Of a DNA stretch of 64,000 nucleotides, positions 9,448 through 17,711 are shown piece by piece. Position numbers and translations under genes: made by a program. The notes under the pieces are model-generated. The model saw nothing but the letters and a program-made list of their open reading frames with translations. It did not search any database and was not told the DNA's origin. Positions within the stretch are counted from its first letter, which is position 1. Each line of letters starts with the position of its first letter. Source of the DNA: Candidatus Doudnabacteria bacterium (GTDB lineage Bacteria; Patescibacteriota; Doudnabacteria; UBA920); assembly GCA_003151625.1 (NCBI GenBank), contig PLYC01000010.1:133515-197514 (forward strand), written 5' to 3'.

Positions 9448-9532
9448 TTCCGCCAGCCTAGGCTGGCGGATCCGCCTCCCTTCGAGGGTCTGAGGACCAC
9501 TCAGGGTCTCGAACGACCGGCGGAAAGTACAG
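9448..9532 (+). ncRNA. Candidate structured leader or small RNA
   Basis: GC-rich multi-hairpin segment in an AT-rich spacer: CCGCCAGCC-TAG-GCTGGCGG, CCCTTCGAGGG, CTGAG-GACCA-CTCAG, GGTC-TCGAAC-GACC. Sits directly downstream of a strong promoter. Confidence 0.3.
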
Positions 9533-9613
9533 AAAGATCAAAGTTAAGGATAAAAAAGCATTTTTACTCGGTTTTAATCTTAAATCCTTAATCCTAAATC
9601 TGTTAACTGACTT

Positions 9614-11668
9614 ATGGAAGCCCTGGAATCACAAATTGCTAAAATCCTGCTTGGAAACAATAAATCTTCCCAGACTTATGTTTACGTAATGGCGGAAAAG
9701 GCTCCAATTGGCGAAGCGGAGCTCTATTTAGTCGCGGAACTCCCCCTGTTTAACCCCGCGGCCGAGGAAGCCTGCGAGAGAATTTGCCTGGCCATTGCCT
9801 CCACCTTAAAACGCAGTTACAGGAGAATGCCTTCCGCCGAAAGTAATTTTGAAAATGCCATAAGCCAAATTAACGAGGAGCTTGGCAAACTGGCGGCTAT
9901 GGGCCAAACGCAATGGATAGATAAATTAAACTGCATTATTGGCGTAAAGGAGACTGCGGATTTAAGCATTGCCAGCTGTGGTAAAATTTCCGCATACCTT
10001 TTAAGAAACGGGGAACTAACAGACATTTCCTGTTCCCAGACAAAAAGCCATCCGCTCAAAACCTTTGAAAATTTCGCCGTCGGCAAAATTCGCCTTGGCG
10101 ATTTAATTTTGCTTTCCACCTCCCAGCTGTTTAACTACGTTTCCATGGATCGCCTGCTTGGCATTTTTGGCCACATGGACTTTTTAACGGCGACACAAAC
10201 CGTAATCCAGCTTTTAAAAGAAAACGCAGAGCCGCAAATTAGTTTTGGCACTTTGCTTAATTTGCAAGTCCCGGAGGGCGAAACCCCGGACGCGGAAATG
10301 GATTTGGAAAATTATGTGGTGGAAAAACCTAGCGGTCAGCCTAATGCGCTTAATAAAGTTTTAAGTTACATTAAGAGCGCCTTTGCCATCGGGGGTGTGT
10401 CCCCCGCGCGGATACCAAAAGTCGGCTTACCGGGAATTTCCTTTGGCCAAAAACTAAAAAACTTTTCCGGCAACACCAAAAACTTTTTTTACCGCTTGCC
10501 CCATTGGTGGAATTCTCTAACGGGATTTACCAAGTCTCAAGCAAAAACGGTTAAAGCAAACGCCAATCTTGAAAATTTTAAACAATTAAGCTCAACAAAA
10601 AAATTCTTTTTGGCTTCCGCAATAATTTTATTTATCGCGGTTATCGCCAACATTGGCGTGGCGATCCATTTAAAAAAAATCCGAACAAGCCAAAGCCAAA
10701 CTTTGGGACAACTAACTCAAATTCAGACCCTGTTGTCTAACGCCCAGTCTTCACATTTATATAAAGATGACGCTTCAGCTTCCAATTTTTTGCAGGAAGC
10801 CAAAAGTAAATTGCCCGGTGCAAAAACAATAAATTCCGCGGATCTGGCTCTTTACAATAAACTGGTCAGTCAAATGTCCGATTTAGACACCCAACTGCAA
10901 AAAGTTTTTAAGCCCCAAGTAACTAACCTCGGCAGTTTGGGAGCGGGCACTAATTTAATTAAACTGCCCGATTACGATGCCATCCAGGTAAATTCCACAA
11001 TTATTAGTTACCAAAAAAGCACCGGGCAAATTCAGGATAACGGCCTTAAACTTACCCTGGCCGCACTGGCCAACGCATATATAAGCGGCAACACTGCGGC
11101 TGTTTACGATGGCAGTAATTTATACCTTTGGGATTTTTCCGCCGGCAAAATTCTGGGAGCGGGCTTTGCGCAAGACTTGCCGGCTAAAGATGATTTTGCC
11201 GGGATTGCCCAATACCCTGTAAACGGCCGGGTTTATGTGGCTGACAAAAAAGCTGATCAAATAATAAGTTATTTGCCCGGAAAAATAACCTTTTCCAAAC
11301 TTGTTGTGGCGGTGCGCGACCCAAGCCTTGGACAGGCCGTGGACATTACTATAGACACCAATATTTACGTACTGACTAAAAATGGGGTCAGCAAGTTCCA
11401 GGCAGGCAAGCTGGCCGATTTTTCTCTGCAGAGTTTGCCCACTCCCCTTTCCGGCAGCGGTAAAATTTATACCCAAAAAGATTTTAGCCATATTTATATT
11501 TTAGATGCCGGCAACAACCGCATTTTAATTTTTGACAAAAGCGGTAATCTGGTAAACACTTTGCTGTCCGACAGCTTTACAAACATGAAAGATTTTCAGG
11601 TGGATGAAAAAAATAAAACTGTTTACGTTTTGAATGATGGGAGTTTATTGAAGATATTATTGCCATGA
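9614..11668 (+). CDS. Membrane-anchored protein with N-terminal PP2C-like (possibly degenerate) domain and C-terminal NHL/beta-propeller-like repeats
   Basis: PP2C-like block CIIGVKETADLSIASCGKISAYLLRNGELTDIS. Single TM FFLASAIILFIAVIANIGVAIHL. C-terminal repeats of the type YVADKKADQII and IYILDAGNNRILIFDKSGNLV. Confidence 0.6.
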   Translation: MEALESQIAKILLGNNKSSQTYVYVMAEKAPIGEAELYLVAELPLFNPAAEEACERICLAIASTLKRSYRRMPSAESNFENAISQINEELGKLAAMGQTQWIDKLNCIIGVKETADLSIASCGKISAYLLRNGELTDISCSQTKSHPLKTFENFAVGKIRLGDLILLSTSQLFNYVSMDRLLGIFGHMDFLTATQTVIQLLKENAEPQISFGTLLNLQVPEGETPDAEMDLENYVVEKPSGQPNALNKVLSYIKSAFAIGGVSPARIPKVGLPGISFGQKLKNFSGNTKNFFYRLPHWWNSLTGFTKSQAKTVKANANLENFKQLSSTKKFFLASAIILFIAVIANIGVAIHLKKIRTSQSQTLGQLTQIQTLLSNAQSSHLYKDDASASNFLQEAKSKLPGAKTINSADLALYNKLVSQMSDLDTQLQKVFKPQVTNLGSLGAGTNLIKLPDYDAIQVNSTIISYQKSTGQIQDNGLKLTLAALANAYISGNTAAVYDGSNLYLWDFSAGKILGAGFAQDLPAKDDFAGIAQYPVNGRVYVADKKADQIISYLPGKITFSKLVVAVRDPSLGQAVDITIDTNIYVLTKNGVSKFQAGKLADFSLQSLPTPLSGSGKIYTQKDFSHIYILDAGNNRILIFDKSGNLVNTLLSDSFTNMKDFQVDEKNKTVYVLNDGSLLKILLP

Positions 11669-11740
11669 TATTAATTGATATTAGGATATTAGGATATTCT
11701 TGATAATATCAGCCAATATCTATAATATCTATTAATATCT
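11666..11740. repeat. AT-rich inverted array (GATATTA x4 / TAATATC-type) between convergent genes
   Basis: tGATATTAattGATATTAgGATATTAgGATATT ... ATATCTATAATATCTATTAATATC. Likely a bidirectional terminator hairpin. Confidence 0.5.
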
Positions 11741-13018
11741 TTCCAGGTATCCCAAGACTATATCTTCCGCTTCTTCCAAATCTTTTGCGTTTAAAAGTTT
11801 GGCGCGGAGTTCGTGGGCGCCATTAAAACCACTGCAATAGGTTTTAAACTGTTTGCGCATTATAAAAAAAGATTTATGCTCGCCCAAGGTGTCTTGGAAT
11901 AGTTTGGCATGTTCGAGCATTGCCCGAAATCTCTCATTTAAACCAGGATGATAATCATCGGCGAGGAATAGCCACGGATTGCCAAACGCTCCCCTGCCTA
12001 TCATAACCCCGTCGCATCCGGTTTGCGCCACCCGTTCCAAGCCTTCTTGGCGTGACTTAATATCGCCGTTGCCTATAATTAGCGGCCGCAGGCCAACTTC
12101 TTTCCCTCTCCCTCTGGGAGAGGGTGAAGGGTGAGGGTTCATCGGAAACATTTCATCCCTAATCTCAACCGCCTCTTTAATGGCTTCCCAATGCGCCGGG
12201 GCTTTGGATTTTTCCTGCTTGGTGCGGGCGTGCAAAGTTAAAGCCGCAATGTTGGTTTCCAATAAATTTCTAACCCAATCGCCCATTTCATCGGTTTTAC
12301 TGTATCCCAATCTGGTTTTGACCGATACCGGTAAAAAACCGGCGGCTTTTTTTGTGGCGCTAATAATTTCCTGCGCCAATTTTGGCTCACGAATTAACGC
12401 GGCACAAGCGCCAATGCCGATTTCTTTGTCCTGCGGACAGCCCATATTTATGTCTATTCCGTCAAAACCCAAATCCACAATAATTTTGGCCGCCTCCTCA
12501 AACTTGGCCGGAGAATTTCCCCAAATTTGAGCGACTATCGGCCGCTGGATTTCCGAGTACTTTAAATCTATGGCCAAATTTTTCCTGCCCTCCGGATGCG
12601 TTAACCCGTCTACATTTATAAATTCCGTATACATTACGAAGCTATTACCACCTCCCCCCGCTGCGCGGGGTACTCCTCCTATGATAGGAGGAGATCTCCG
12701 CGTGTCATTCTGGGATAACTGCGGAGCGTTCCCCTCCTTGCTTAGGAGGGGTGGCTCGCGCAGCGAGACGGGGTGGTGACCGCTATAGCGGGCAAACATT
12801 TCCCGAAACGCAAAATCCGTTACCTCCTCCATGGGAGCAAGACAGAAAATCGGTTTACCCAGCACCTTCCAAAAATTATGCCCACCAGCTTCACCCAAAG
12901 CAAAAACCTCTGATTTTACATCAGATTTTCCATTTTGAAAGAAGGTGCTGGGCTTGTTAAGTTTTTGCCAGAAGCTGGACATATAGCTAAGTTTAATCAA
13001 AATACCGCTCCCGTGCAA
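11732..13018 (-). CDS. tRNA-dihydrouridine synthase (Dus family) carrying two in-frame GC-rich insertions
   Basis: Motifs LAPMEEVTDFAFREM, IDINMGCPQ and NGDI fit the Dus family. The probable true start is the Met at 12981, because the first Met lies inside the rplL terminator hairpin. Confidence 0.8.
   Translation of the reverse strand: MHGSGILIKLSYMSSFWQKLNKPSTFFQNGKSDVKSEVFALGEAGGHNFWKVLGKPIFCLAPMEEVTDFAFREMFARYSGHHPVSLREPPLLSKEGNAPQLSQNDTRRSPPIIGGVPRAAGGGGNSFVMYTEFINVDGLTHPEGRKNLAIDLKYSEIQRPIVAQIWGNSPAKFEEAAKIIVDLGFDGIDINMGCPQDKEIGIGACAALIREPKLAQEIISATKKAAGFLPVSVKTRLGYSKTDEMGDWVRNLLETNIAALTLHARTKQEKSKAPAHWEAIKEAVEIRDEMFPMNPHPSPSPRGRGKEVGLRPLIIGNGDIKSRQEGLERVAQTGCDGVMIGRGAFGNPWLFLADDYHPGLNERFRAMLEHAKLFQDTLGEHKSFFIMRKQFKTYCSGFNGAHELRAKLLNAKDLEEAEDIVLGYLERY
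12104..12137. repeat. Short GC-rich palindromic in-frame insertion in the Dus gene
   Basis: CCCTCTCCCTCTGGGAGAGGGTGAAGGGTGAGGG encodes the extra segment PHPSPSPRGRGKEVG. Confidence 0.6.
12648..12778. repeat. GC-rich palindromic element inserted in-frame in the Dus gene (family with 60840-60937 and 12104-12137)
   Basis: Terminal CCACCTCCCC...GGGGTGGTG, internal hairpins CTCCTCCTATGATAGGAGGAG and CCCCTCCTTGCTTAGGAGGGG. GC content far above the surrounding gene. Confidence 0.7.
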
Positions 13019-13035
13019 CGGGAGCGGTATTTGAA
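13000..13035 (-). terminator. Rho-independent terminator downstream of rplL
   Basis: Perfect hairpin ATACCGCTCCCG-TGCAA-CGGGAGCGGTAT followed by TTTTGATT on the minus strand. Confidence 0.7.
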
Positions 13036-13131
13036 TATTCGATGATAATCAATATTGCCTTAGAAGGGATCCTTCGCCCTCGGATGCACTCGGGCTCAGG
13101 ATGACCCTCAAATAATTTTATTGCTGAAAAA

Positions 13132-13527
13132 TTATTTGAGGGTCACTTTGCCACCAGCCTCTTCCAATTTCTTTTTTAAGGCTTCGGCATCGGCTTTCGG
13201 CATGTTTTCTTTGATAATTTTAGGAGCGCCGTCTACCATATCTTTGGCTTCCTTAAGACCGACCTGGGTAACTTCGCGGACAACTTTAATAACGTTAATT
13301 TTGCTGGCACCGGCTTCGGTTAATTCAACCGAGAATTCGGTTTTCTCTTCCGCAACGGCGGCGGCCGGACCTGCGGCCATCATCATAGGAGCGGCGGCAG
13401 AAACGCCAAACTTGCCTTCCAAAACTTTTACCAATTCAGCCAACTCCATAACGGAGAGCTTTTCTACCTGTTCCACGAGAGTTTTAAACTTCTCGGGCAC
13501 AACTACGGATTCTTTTTCTTCACTCAT
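13132..13527 (-). CDS. rplL: Ribosomal protein L7/L12
   Basis: Motifs [20 protein letters not shown] and [26 protein letters not shown]. Confidence 0.92.
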   Translation of the reverse strand: MSEEKESVVVPEKFKTLVEQVEKLSVMELAELVKVLEGKFGVSAAAPMMMAAGPAAAVAEEKTEFSVELTEAGASKINVIKVVREVTQVGLKEAKDMVDGAPKIIKENMPKADAEALKKKLEEAGGKVTLK

Positions 13528-13570
13528 AATTTACCTTTCTATTAAAATCAATTAATAATTTACCTTTCCC

Positions 13571-13712
13571 GCTGATTAGTTGCTGATATGTACGCTGACT
13601 TTACGCTGAGCCTCAATACCTTCCTCGTGGATGATAGTTTAGATTCAGCGACTTATCAGCGTCCGCCTCGGCTCGAGTCGAGACGGGTCCCTATCGGCGT
13701 AGGTTCAGCGGC
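13571..13712. repeat. Phased GCTGA(T)/TCAGCG inverted-array element in the rplJ-rplL spacer (paralog of 62313-62433)
   Basis: gctgattagttgctgatatgtacgctgactttacgctga ... ttcagcgacttatcagcg ... ttcagcgg. About 80% identity with the element upstream of mraZ. Confidence 0.6.
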
Positions 13713-14222
13713 CTATACTGCAACAGGTACGCTTTCTCCAAGTTTTTTGGAACGCGCATCCAAAACTCTGACAAACGCGGATATGGTGCCGTTTAAAACA
13801 GACATAAACTGGGCACGCAACTGGTCTTTGGACGGCAGACTGCCCAAATCTTCCACCTGGATTTTGGAAAACAGTTTGCCTTCTACAAAACCTTCCAGAA
13901 TAGAAATAGTCTTAACCTCTTTGGTAAGATTTTTAACAATTCTGGCCGGAGCAACTTCGTCTTCGTTGGAAATTGACAGAATTACCGGGGTTTTATAATC
14001 GGCGATTTCAACCATAAGGCCGGCGTCCTTAATGGCTTTTTTTACCAAAGTCAGTTTATAAACTTTGGAAAAAACTTTTTCGGCGCGCAGGACTTTGCGG
14101 ATTTTATCCATATCTTTTACCGTTGTTCCGCGGTAATCGGTAAACACCACGGCTTTGGCCTCTTTAAGCTTGGCCGTGAGCTCTTTAAGGTCTTCTGTTT
14201 TTTGTGATTTTCCTTTTGGCAT
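13713..14222 (-). CDS. rplJ: Ribosomal protein L10
   Basis: Motifs KAVVFTDYRGTTVKDMDKIRK and EGKLFSKIQVEDLGSLPSK. Confidence 0.92.
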   Translation of the reverse strand: MPKGKSQKTEDLKELTAKLKEAKAVVFTDYRGTTVKDMDKIRKVLRAEKVFSKVYKLTLVKKAIKDAGLMVEIADYKTPVILSISNEDEVAPARIVKNLTKEVKTISILEGFVEGKLFSKIQVEDLGSLPSKDQLRAQFMSVLNGTISAFVRVLDARSKKLGESVPVAV

Positions 14223-14465
14223 AAATTAGTAGTTAGTAGTTAGTATCTAGCTTTTCGACCTTTAATTGTAAATATCTCAAAAATAAAACTCGGGCTTACC
14301 CGAGTGGTTGTAGTTGCCCGATTCATCAGGCCATAAAGCTTCATAAATGAAGCAACTACATATTCCTCGGTGGGCAACCATCTTGCGATGATAATTATGA
14401 CCCTACGGGTCACCAACTGTCTTTGGATATTTTCCCGCAGAGCGGGATCCGCCTTTGGCGGAAAC
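14223..14465 (-). promoter_or_regulatory. Putative rplJ (L10) leader region
   Basis: About 240 nt structured 5' UTR between the mapped promoter and the rplJ start, where the L10(L12)4 autoregulatory leader normally lies. Contains hairpins, for example GGGATCCGCCTTTGGCGG. Confidence 0.4.
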
Positions 14466-14472
14466 TTTTGTT

Positions 14473-14501
14473 ATTATACCAAAACCCTCAAAACCCGTCA
14501 A
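14473..14501 (-). promoter_or_regulatory. Sigma70 promoter for rplJ-rplL (TTGACG-17-TATAAT)
   Basis: Minus-strand reading gives cgTTTGACGggttttgagggttttggTATAATaac. Confidence 0.6.
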
Positions 14502-14535
14502 ACGCTGTATTATCCAGATCGGTAATCCGTAGACA

Positions 14536-15111
14536 CTATCCAAAAATAAATTTGGGAATATAATCTATCATCGCGAACATTTCGCGCATAAAATAGAAGG
14601 CCAGTTCGGGCTTGGTGTAGTAGAAGGGATTTGGGGAGCTCCAATAAATTGGACCAAAGCCTTCGCGCTTGGCCATTAAGACGGCGCGGGCTAAATGGAA
14701 ATCATCACTCACTATAATAAGACTTTTTGCTCCGGGTATTAAGACTTTGGAGTTTACGATATTTCCGTAGGTGGAGTTGGCGTTTTTCTCCAAAATTAAC
14801 GGCGGAACCGTTGAGGCGTTTTGTCTAATTACATTTTGCATATACACAGCCTCCGGTATGGATTTAGGATAATCCACGCCGCCCGTAAGCACTAAGACAT
14901 TGGCCTTTCCCTGATTGTAAAGCTCCAGCCCCTCCAAAGTCCGGTTATACAAAGCCGGCGTATTTATTGCCGCTCCTAAAACCACTATAGCGTCGGCTTT
15001 CTGTATGGGTGGCCGATAGACGCTAAAAAAGACCACCACGGCCAGGTCTATTAATAAAAAACTGATAACGGTGTATGCTAAGTACTTTAAAATTTTTAAC
15101 AGCTTTTTCAT
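14536..15111 (-). CDS. DUF218 (YdcF/SanA/ElyC-like) membrane-anchored protein
   Basis: N-terminal TM, then ADAIVVLGAAIN and LIIVSDDFHLARA typical of DUF218. Confidence 0.7.
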   Translation of the reverse strand: MKKLLKILKYLAYTVISFLLIDLAVVVFFSVYRPPIQKADAIVVLGAAINTPALYNRTLEGLELYNQGKANVLVLTGGVDYPKSIPEAVYMQNVIRQNASTVPPLILEKNANSTYGNIVNSKVLIPGAKSLIIVSDDFHLARAVLMAKREGFGPIYWSSPNPFYYTKPELAFYFMREMFAMIDYIPKFIFG

Positions 15112-15132
15112 GCCAACTAATTATAACATCTT

Positions 15133-15849
15133 TTGTTCAGAGATGGGCACGTTCTCGCAGCGAGAAGGTGCCCATCTCTTTTGCGTGATATAATAAGACT
15201 AACTGCCGACGGCCGAGGGATCGGCAACGGAGAATTTAAGAATAAAAAGGAGACCATAGGAGGTGCTTTATGCCCCTTCAGCAAGGGCGAAAACGTTTTA
15301 GGCAACGGCAAAGAGCTCGGGGGTCGCTTTAGCGGTCTTCTGCAAAACGCCGCGGTGCGATGGATAATTTTGTTTGGTCTGCCAATGTTGTTTTCATCAG
15401 TTGGTACAATTTTTGCCTCCGGGTGGACAAACGGCTGGAAGAACGACTTTGCCATCGTACTCGCCGAATTAATGGTAGAAAATGCCGTGTTTTACCCGGT
15501 AGCCTGGGTATGCTGGCGGTTTCTGCCGAAACAGAAAACAAACAAACAACACGAAAATCTTTTGGAGGGACTGGTTCTCGTGGAAGTATTGGACATAATC
15601 CTCCGACTTGCCTGTTTTTTGTGGGCCTTAAAATTCCCCAGCGTTAAAGGGTGGCTCACGGGATCCGGCAGTCTGCTGTTGGATGGGGTGTTTTTGATCT
15701 CTTTGAGCCAAAGCCATCGGCTCGTGGAGATTGTCCGCTGCTCAAGACAGCGTTTCAGTGTTTCCGGTACGATTATCAAGGCGCGTTGCAAAGCCGCTTT
15801 AGATCGTCCTTATATCTCAGCATGGGTTTTTTCTCGCCCAGCCTGCTGA
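15133..15849 (+). CDS. Hypothetical membrane protein (start uncertain; possibly 15355 or 15385)
   Basis: ORF with four predicted TM helices and higher GC than its neighbours, followed by a canonical terminator. An SD-like AAAGGAG precedes a 20-codon basic upstream mini-ORF in another frame. Confidence 0.35.
   Translation: MFRDGHVLAARRCPSLLRDIIRLTADGRGIGNGEFKNKKETIGGALCPFSKGENVLGNGKELGGRFSGLLQNAAVRWIILFGLPMLFSSVGTIFASGWTNGWKNDFAIVLAELMVENAVFYPVAWVCWRFLPKQKTNKQHENLLEGLVLVEVLDIILRLACFLWALKFPSVKGWLTGSGSLLLDGVFLISLSQSHRLVEIVRCSRQRFSVSGTIIKARCKAALDRPYISAWVFSRPAC
15138..15176. repeat. Near-perfect 39-nt palindrome GAGATGGGCACGTTCTCGC-A-GCGAGAAGGTGCCCATCTC
   Basis: Seen directly. Lies 27 nt upstream of the DUF218 start and shares the ATGGGCAC core with the palindrome at 15926-15968. 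Confidence 0.6.
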
Positions 15850-15873
15850 AGTTCTAAGCCGGAAAACTTTTGG

Positions 15874-15905
15874 GCGGTTTGCGAAGCGAACCGCCCCTTT
15901 TTTAT
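15874..15905 (+). terminator. Rho-independent terminator (GGGCGGTT-loop-AACCGCCC + T-run)
   Basis: Hairpin followed by CTTTTTTATTTT. Confidence 0.65.
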
Positions 15906-15925
15906 TTTGGGGAACCTCTCAACCG

Positions 15926-15968
15926 AATCAATGGGCACCATTGTGCAGCACAATGGTGCCCATTGATT
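15926..15968. repeat. Perfect 21-bp-stem palindrome AATCAATGGGCACCATTGTGC-A-GCACAATGGTGCCCATTGATT
   Basis: Seen directly. Confidence 0.6.
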
Positions 15969-16131
15969 ACAAAAATGGCTTATTCATAAGCTTTTATTAT
16001 ACAACGCTTGACGAAAATATCAAAAAGTGATATAATTATTTTTTATAAAGTCATTTTGACTTTGCTTCGGATCTTGTTTTTAAAGAATACCGCAAGCACC
16101 TTGCTGCACTTGTAGCTTTTCGAAATGACAA

Positions 16132-16293
16132 GGGTTTGTTGCCAAATGTGCTTTTGAGATGAAATTTCAGAATTTTGAGCAGATTGACGCAAATAAATTT
16201 TGACGTTTACCTAAAAGGTAAGCGGATAAATTTTTTGCGGCAAGATGCCAAAGTTATGAAATTTCGGTCAAAATGACATTTGGCAACAAACCC
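16132..16293 (+). promoter_or_regulatory. Long structured 5' UTR of the DEAD-box helicase gene (18-bp long-range stem)
   Basis: GGGTTTGTTGCCAAATGT (16132-16149) is the reverse complement of ACATTTGGCAACAAACCC (16276-16293). Internal repeats ATGAAATTTC occur twice. Confidence 0.5.
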
Positions 16294-16307
16294 AACAAAG
16301 GAAACAC

Positions 16308-17627
16308 ATGACACCAATCACCATACACACATCTTTTAGCGGGCTGGGACTTGCCCCGCGTCTTTTGGAAATTCTCCAAAAAAAAGGCTTTACAATTCCT
16401 ACGCCAATTCAAAGCCAAGCCATTCCCGTTGCCATTTCCGGCAAAGACGTAATGGGCATAGCGCAGACCGGCACGGGAAAAACCTTGGCTTTTGGTTTGC
16501 CAATGATTCAAAGCATTGCCGCCACCAAAAAAATGGGGCTGATTGTTTTGCCGACCCGCGAACTGGCTTTGCAGGTTAACGAAGCTCTGGATAACATCGG
16601 CCGCTCCTTTGGCCTAAAAACCGCGGTGCTAATTGGCGGCGAAAGTATAAACCGCCAGCTTATGGCTTTGCGCAGACAGCCGCACATTATTATTGCCACT
16701 CCCGGAAGATTAATTGACCACCTTGAACAAAGAACTGTCCGTCTTGATAAAGTGGGTATTTTGGTTTTGGACGAAGCCGACCGTATGCTTGATATGGGTT
16801 TTGCCCCCCAGCTTAAACAAATTATGAAAACCGTTCCGGCCGTTCGCCAGACAATGCTTTTTTCCGCGACTATGCCTTCGGAGATTATCAACATCGCCAA
16901 CTCTTATATGAAACTCCCGATAAGAGTGGAAGTCGCTCCGTCCGGAACCACCGTAAACAAAATTACGCAGGAAATTATTTTTGTGGAGAAACACCAAAAG
17001 CCCGAACAGCTAATGAAAATTTTAGCGGAATATAAAGGCAGCACTTTAATTTTTACCCGCACCAAATTTGGCGCAAAAAAACTTGCGCAAATTATCCGCA
17101 ATGCCGGACATTCATCGTCCGAAATCCACAGTAACCGCTCCCTAAACCAGCGCATAGAAGCTTTGCAGGGATTTAAAATGGGCAAATACCGCGTGCTGGT
17201 TGCCACCGACATTGCGGCCAGAGGGATAGACGTTACCGGAATTGAGTTAGTTTTAAACTACGATTTGCCGGAAAACCCCGAAGATTACGTTCACCGCATT
17301 GGCAGGACCGGCCGCGCGGGACTCGAAGGCCACGCCATTTCTTTAGCCACTTCCGACCAGCGCCGCGATGTTATGGATATTGAAAGGCTGATAAAAAAAC
17401 AGCTTCCGGTTTCCAAAGTCGCCTACTCCCCCGCTCCGCCGAGAAGCGCCGCGGATAACGCCCGTCCGCCCTTTGGCCAACGAAGTTCGTTCGCCCGCCG
17501 CAATCCTTTTGCTTCCAGGCCGCCTTCGGAATCCGGCCAACATCGCGGTTTCGGCCACAGCCGTCCCTTTTCTCCCAACCCTCAAGGCCGCGGCAAATTC
17601 AGCCGCCACAGAAGCCAGTCATACTAA
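16308..17627 (+). CDS. DEAD-box ATP-dependent RNA helicase with RG-rich C-terminal tail
   Basis: Q-motif TPIQ, AQTGTGKT, DEAD, SAT and HRIGRTGRAG motifs. C-terminal RGRG-rich tail. Confidence 0.9.
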   Translation: MTPITIHTSFSGLGLAPRLLEILQKKGFTIPTPIQSQAIPVAISGKDVMGIAQTGTGKTLAFGLPMIQSIAATKKMGLIVLPTRELALQVNEALDNIGRSFGLKTAVLIGGESINRQLMALRRQPHIIIATPGRLIDHLEQRTVRLDKVGILVLDEADRMLDMGFAPQLKQIMKTVPAVRQTMLFSATMPSEIINIANSYMKLPIRVEVAPSGTTVNKITQEIIFVEKHQKPEQLMKILAEYKGSTLIFTRTKFGAKKLAQIIRNAGHSSSEIHSNRSLNQRIEALQGFKMGKYRVLVATDIAARGIDVTGIELVLNYDLPENPEDYVHRIGRTGRAGLEGHAISLATSDQRRDVMDIERLIKKQLPVSKVAYSPAPPRSAADNARPPFGQRSSFARRNPFASRPPSESGQHRGFGHSRPFSPNPQGRGKFSRHRSQSY

Positions 17628-17666
17628 CAAAACAAATTAACACAAATTATAGACGAATTAACACAA

Positions 17667-17696
17667 AACACGAATCGTGCGATTCGTGTTTTTTCG
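17667..17696. terminator. Bidirectional terminator hairpin ACACGAATCG-TGC-GATTCGTGT flanked by A and T runs
   Basis: Lies between the convergent helicase (+) and SRPBCC (-) genes. Confidence 0.65.
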
Positions 17697-17711
17697 TTTG
17701 CGGTATTTGTG

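Noticed and set aside
12180-12960. Three plus-strand ORFs antisense to the Dus gene, including Pro/Gly-rich ones over the GC-rich insert
   Set aside because: Frames are created by the palindromic insert. The sense strand encodes a conserved Dus.
15117-15455. 112-aa minus-strand ORF upstream of the DUF218 gene
   Set aside because: Overlaps the long palindrome and the better-supported plus-strand membrane ORF. Pro/Arg-rich junk composition.
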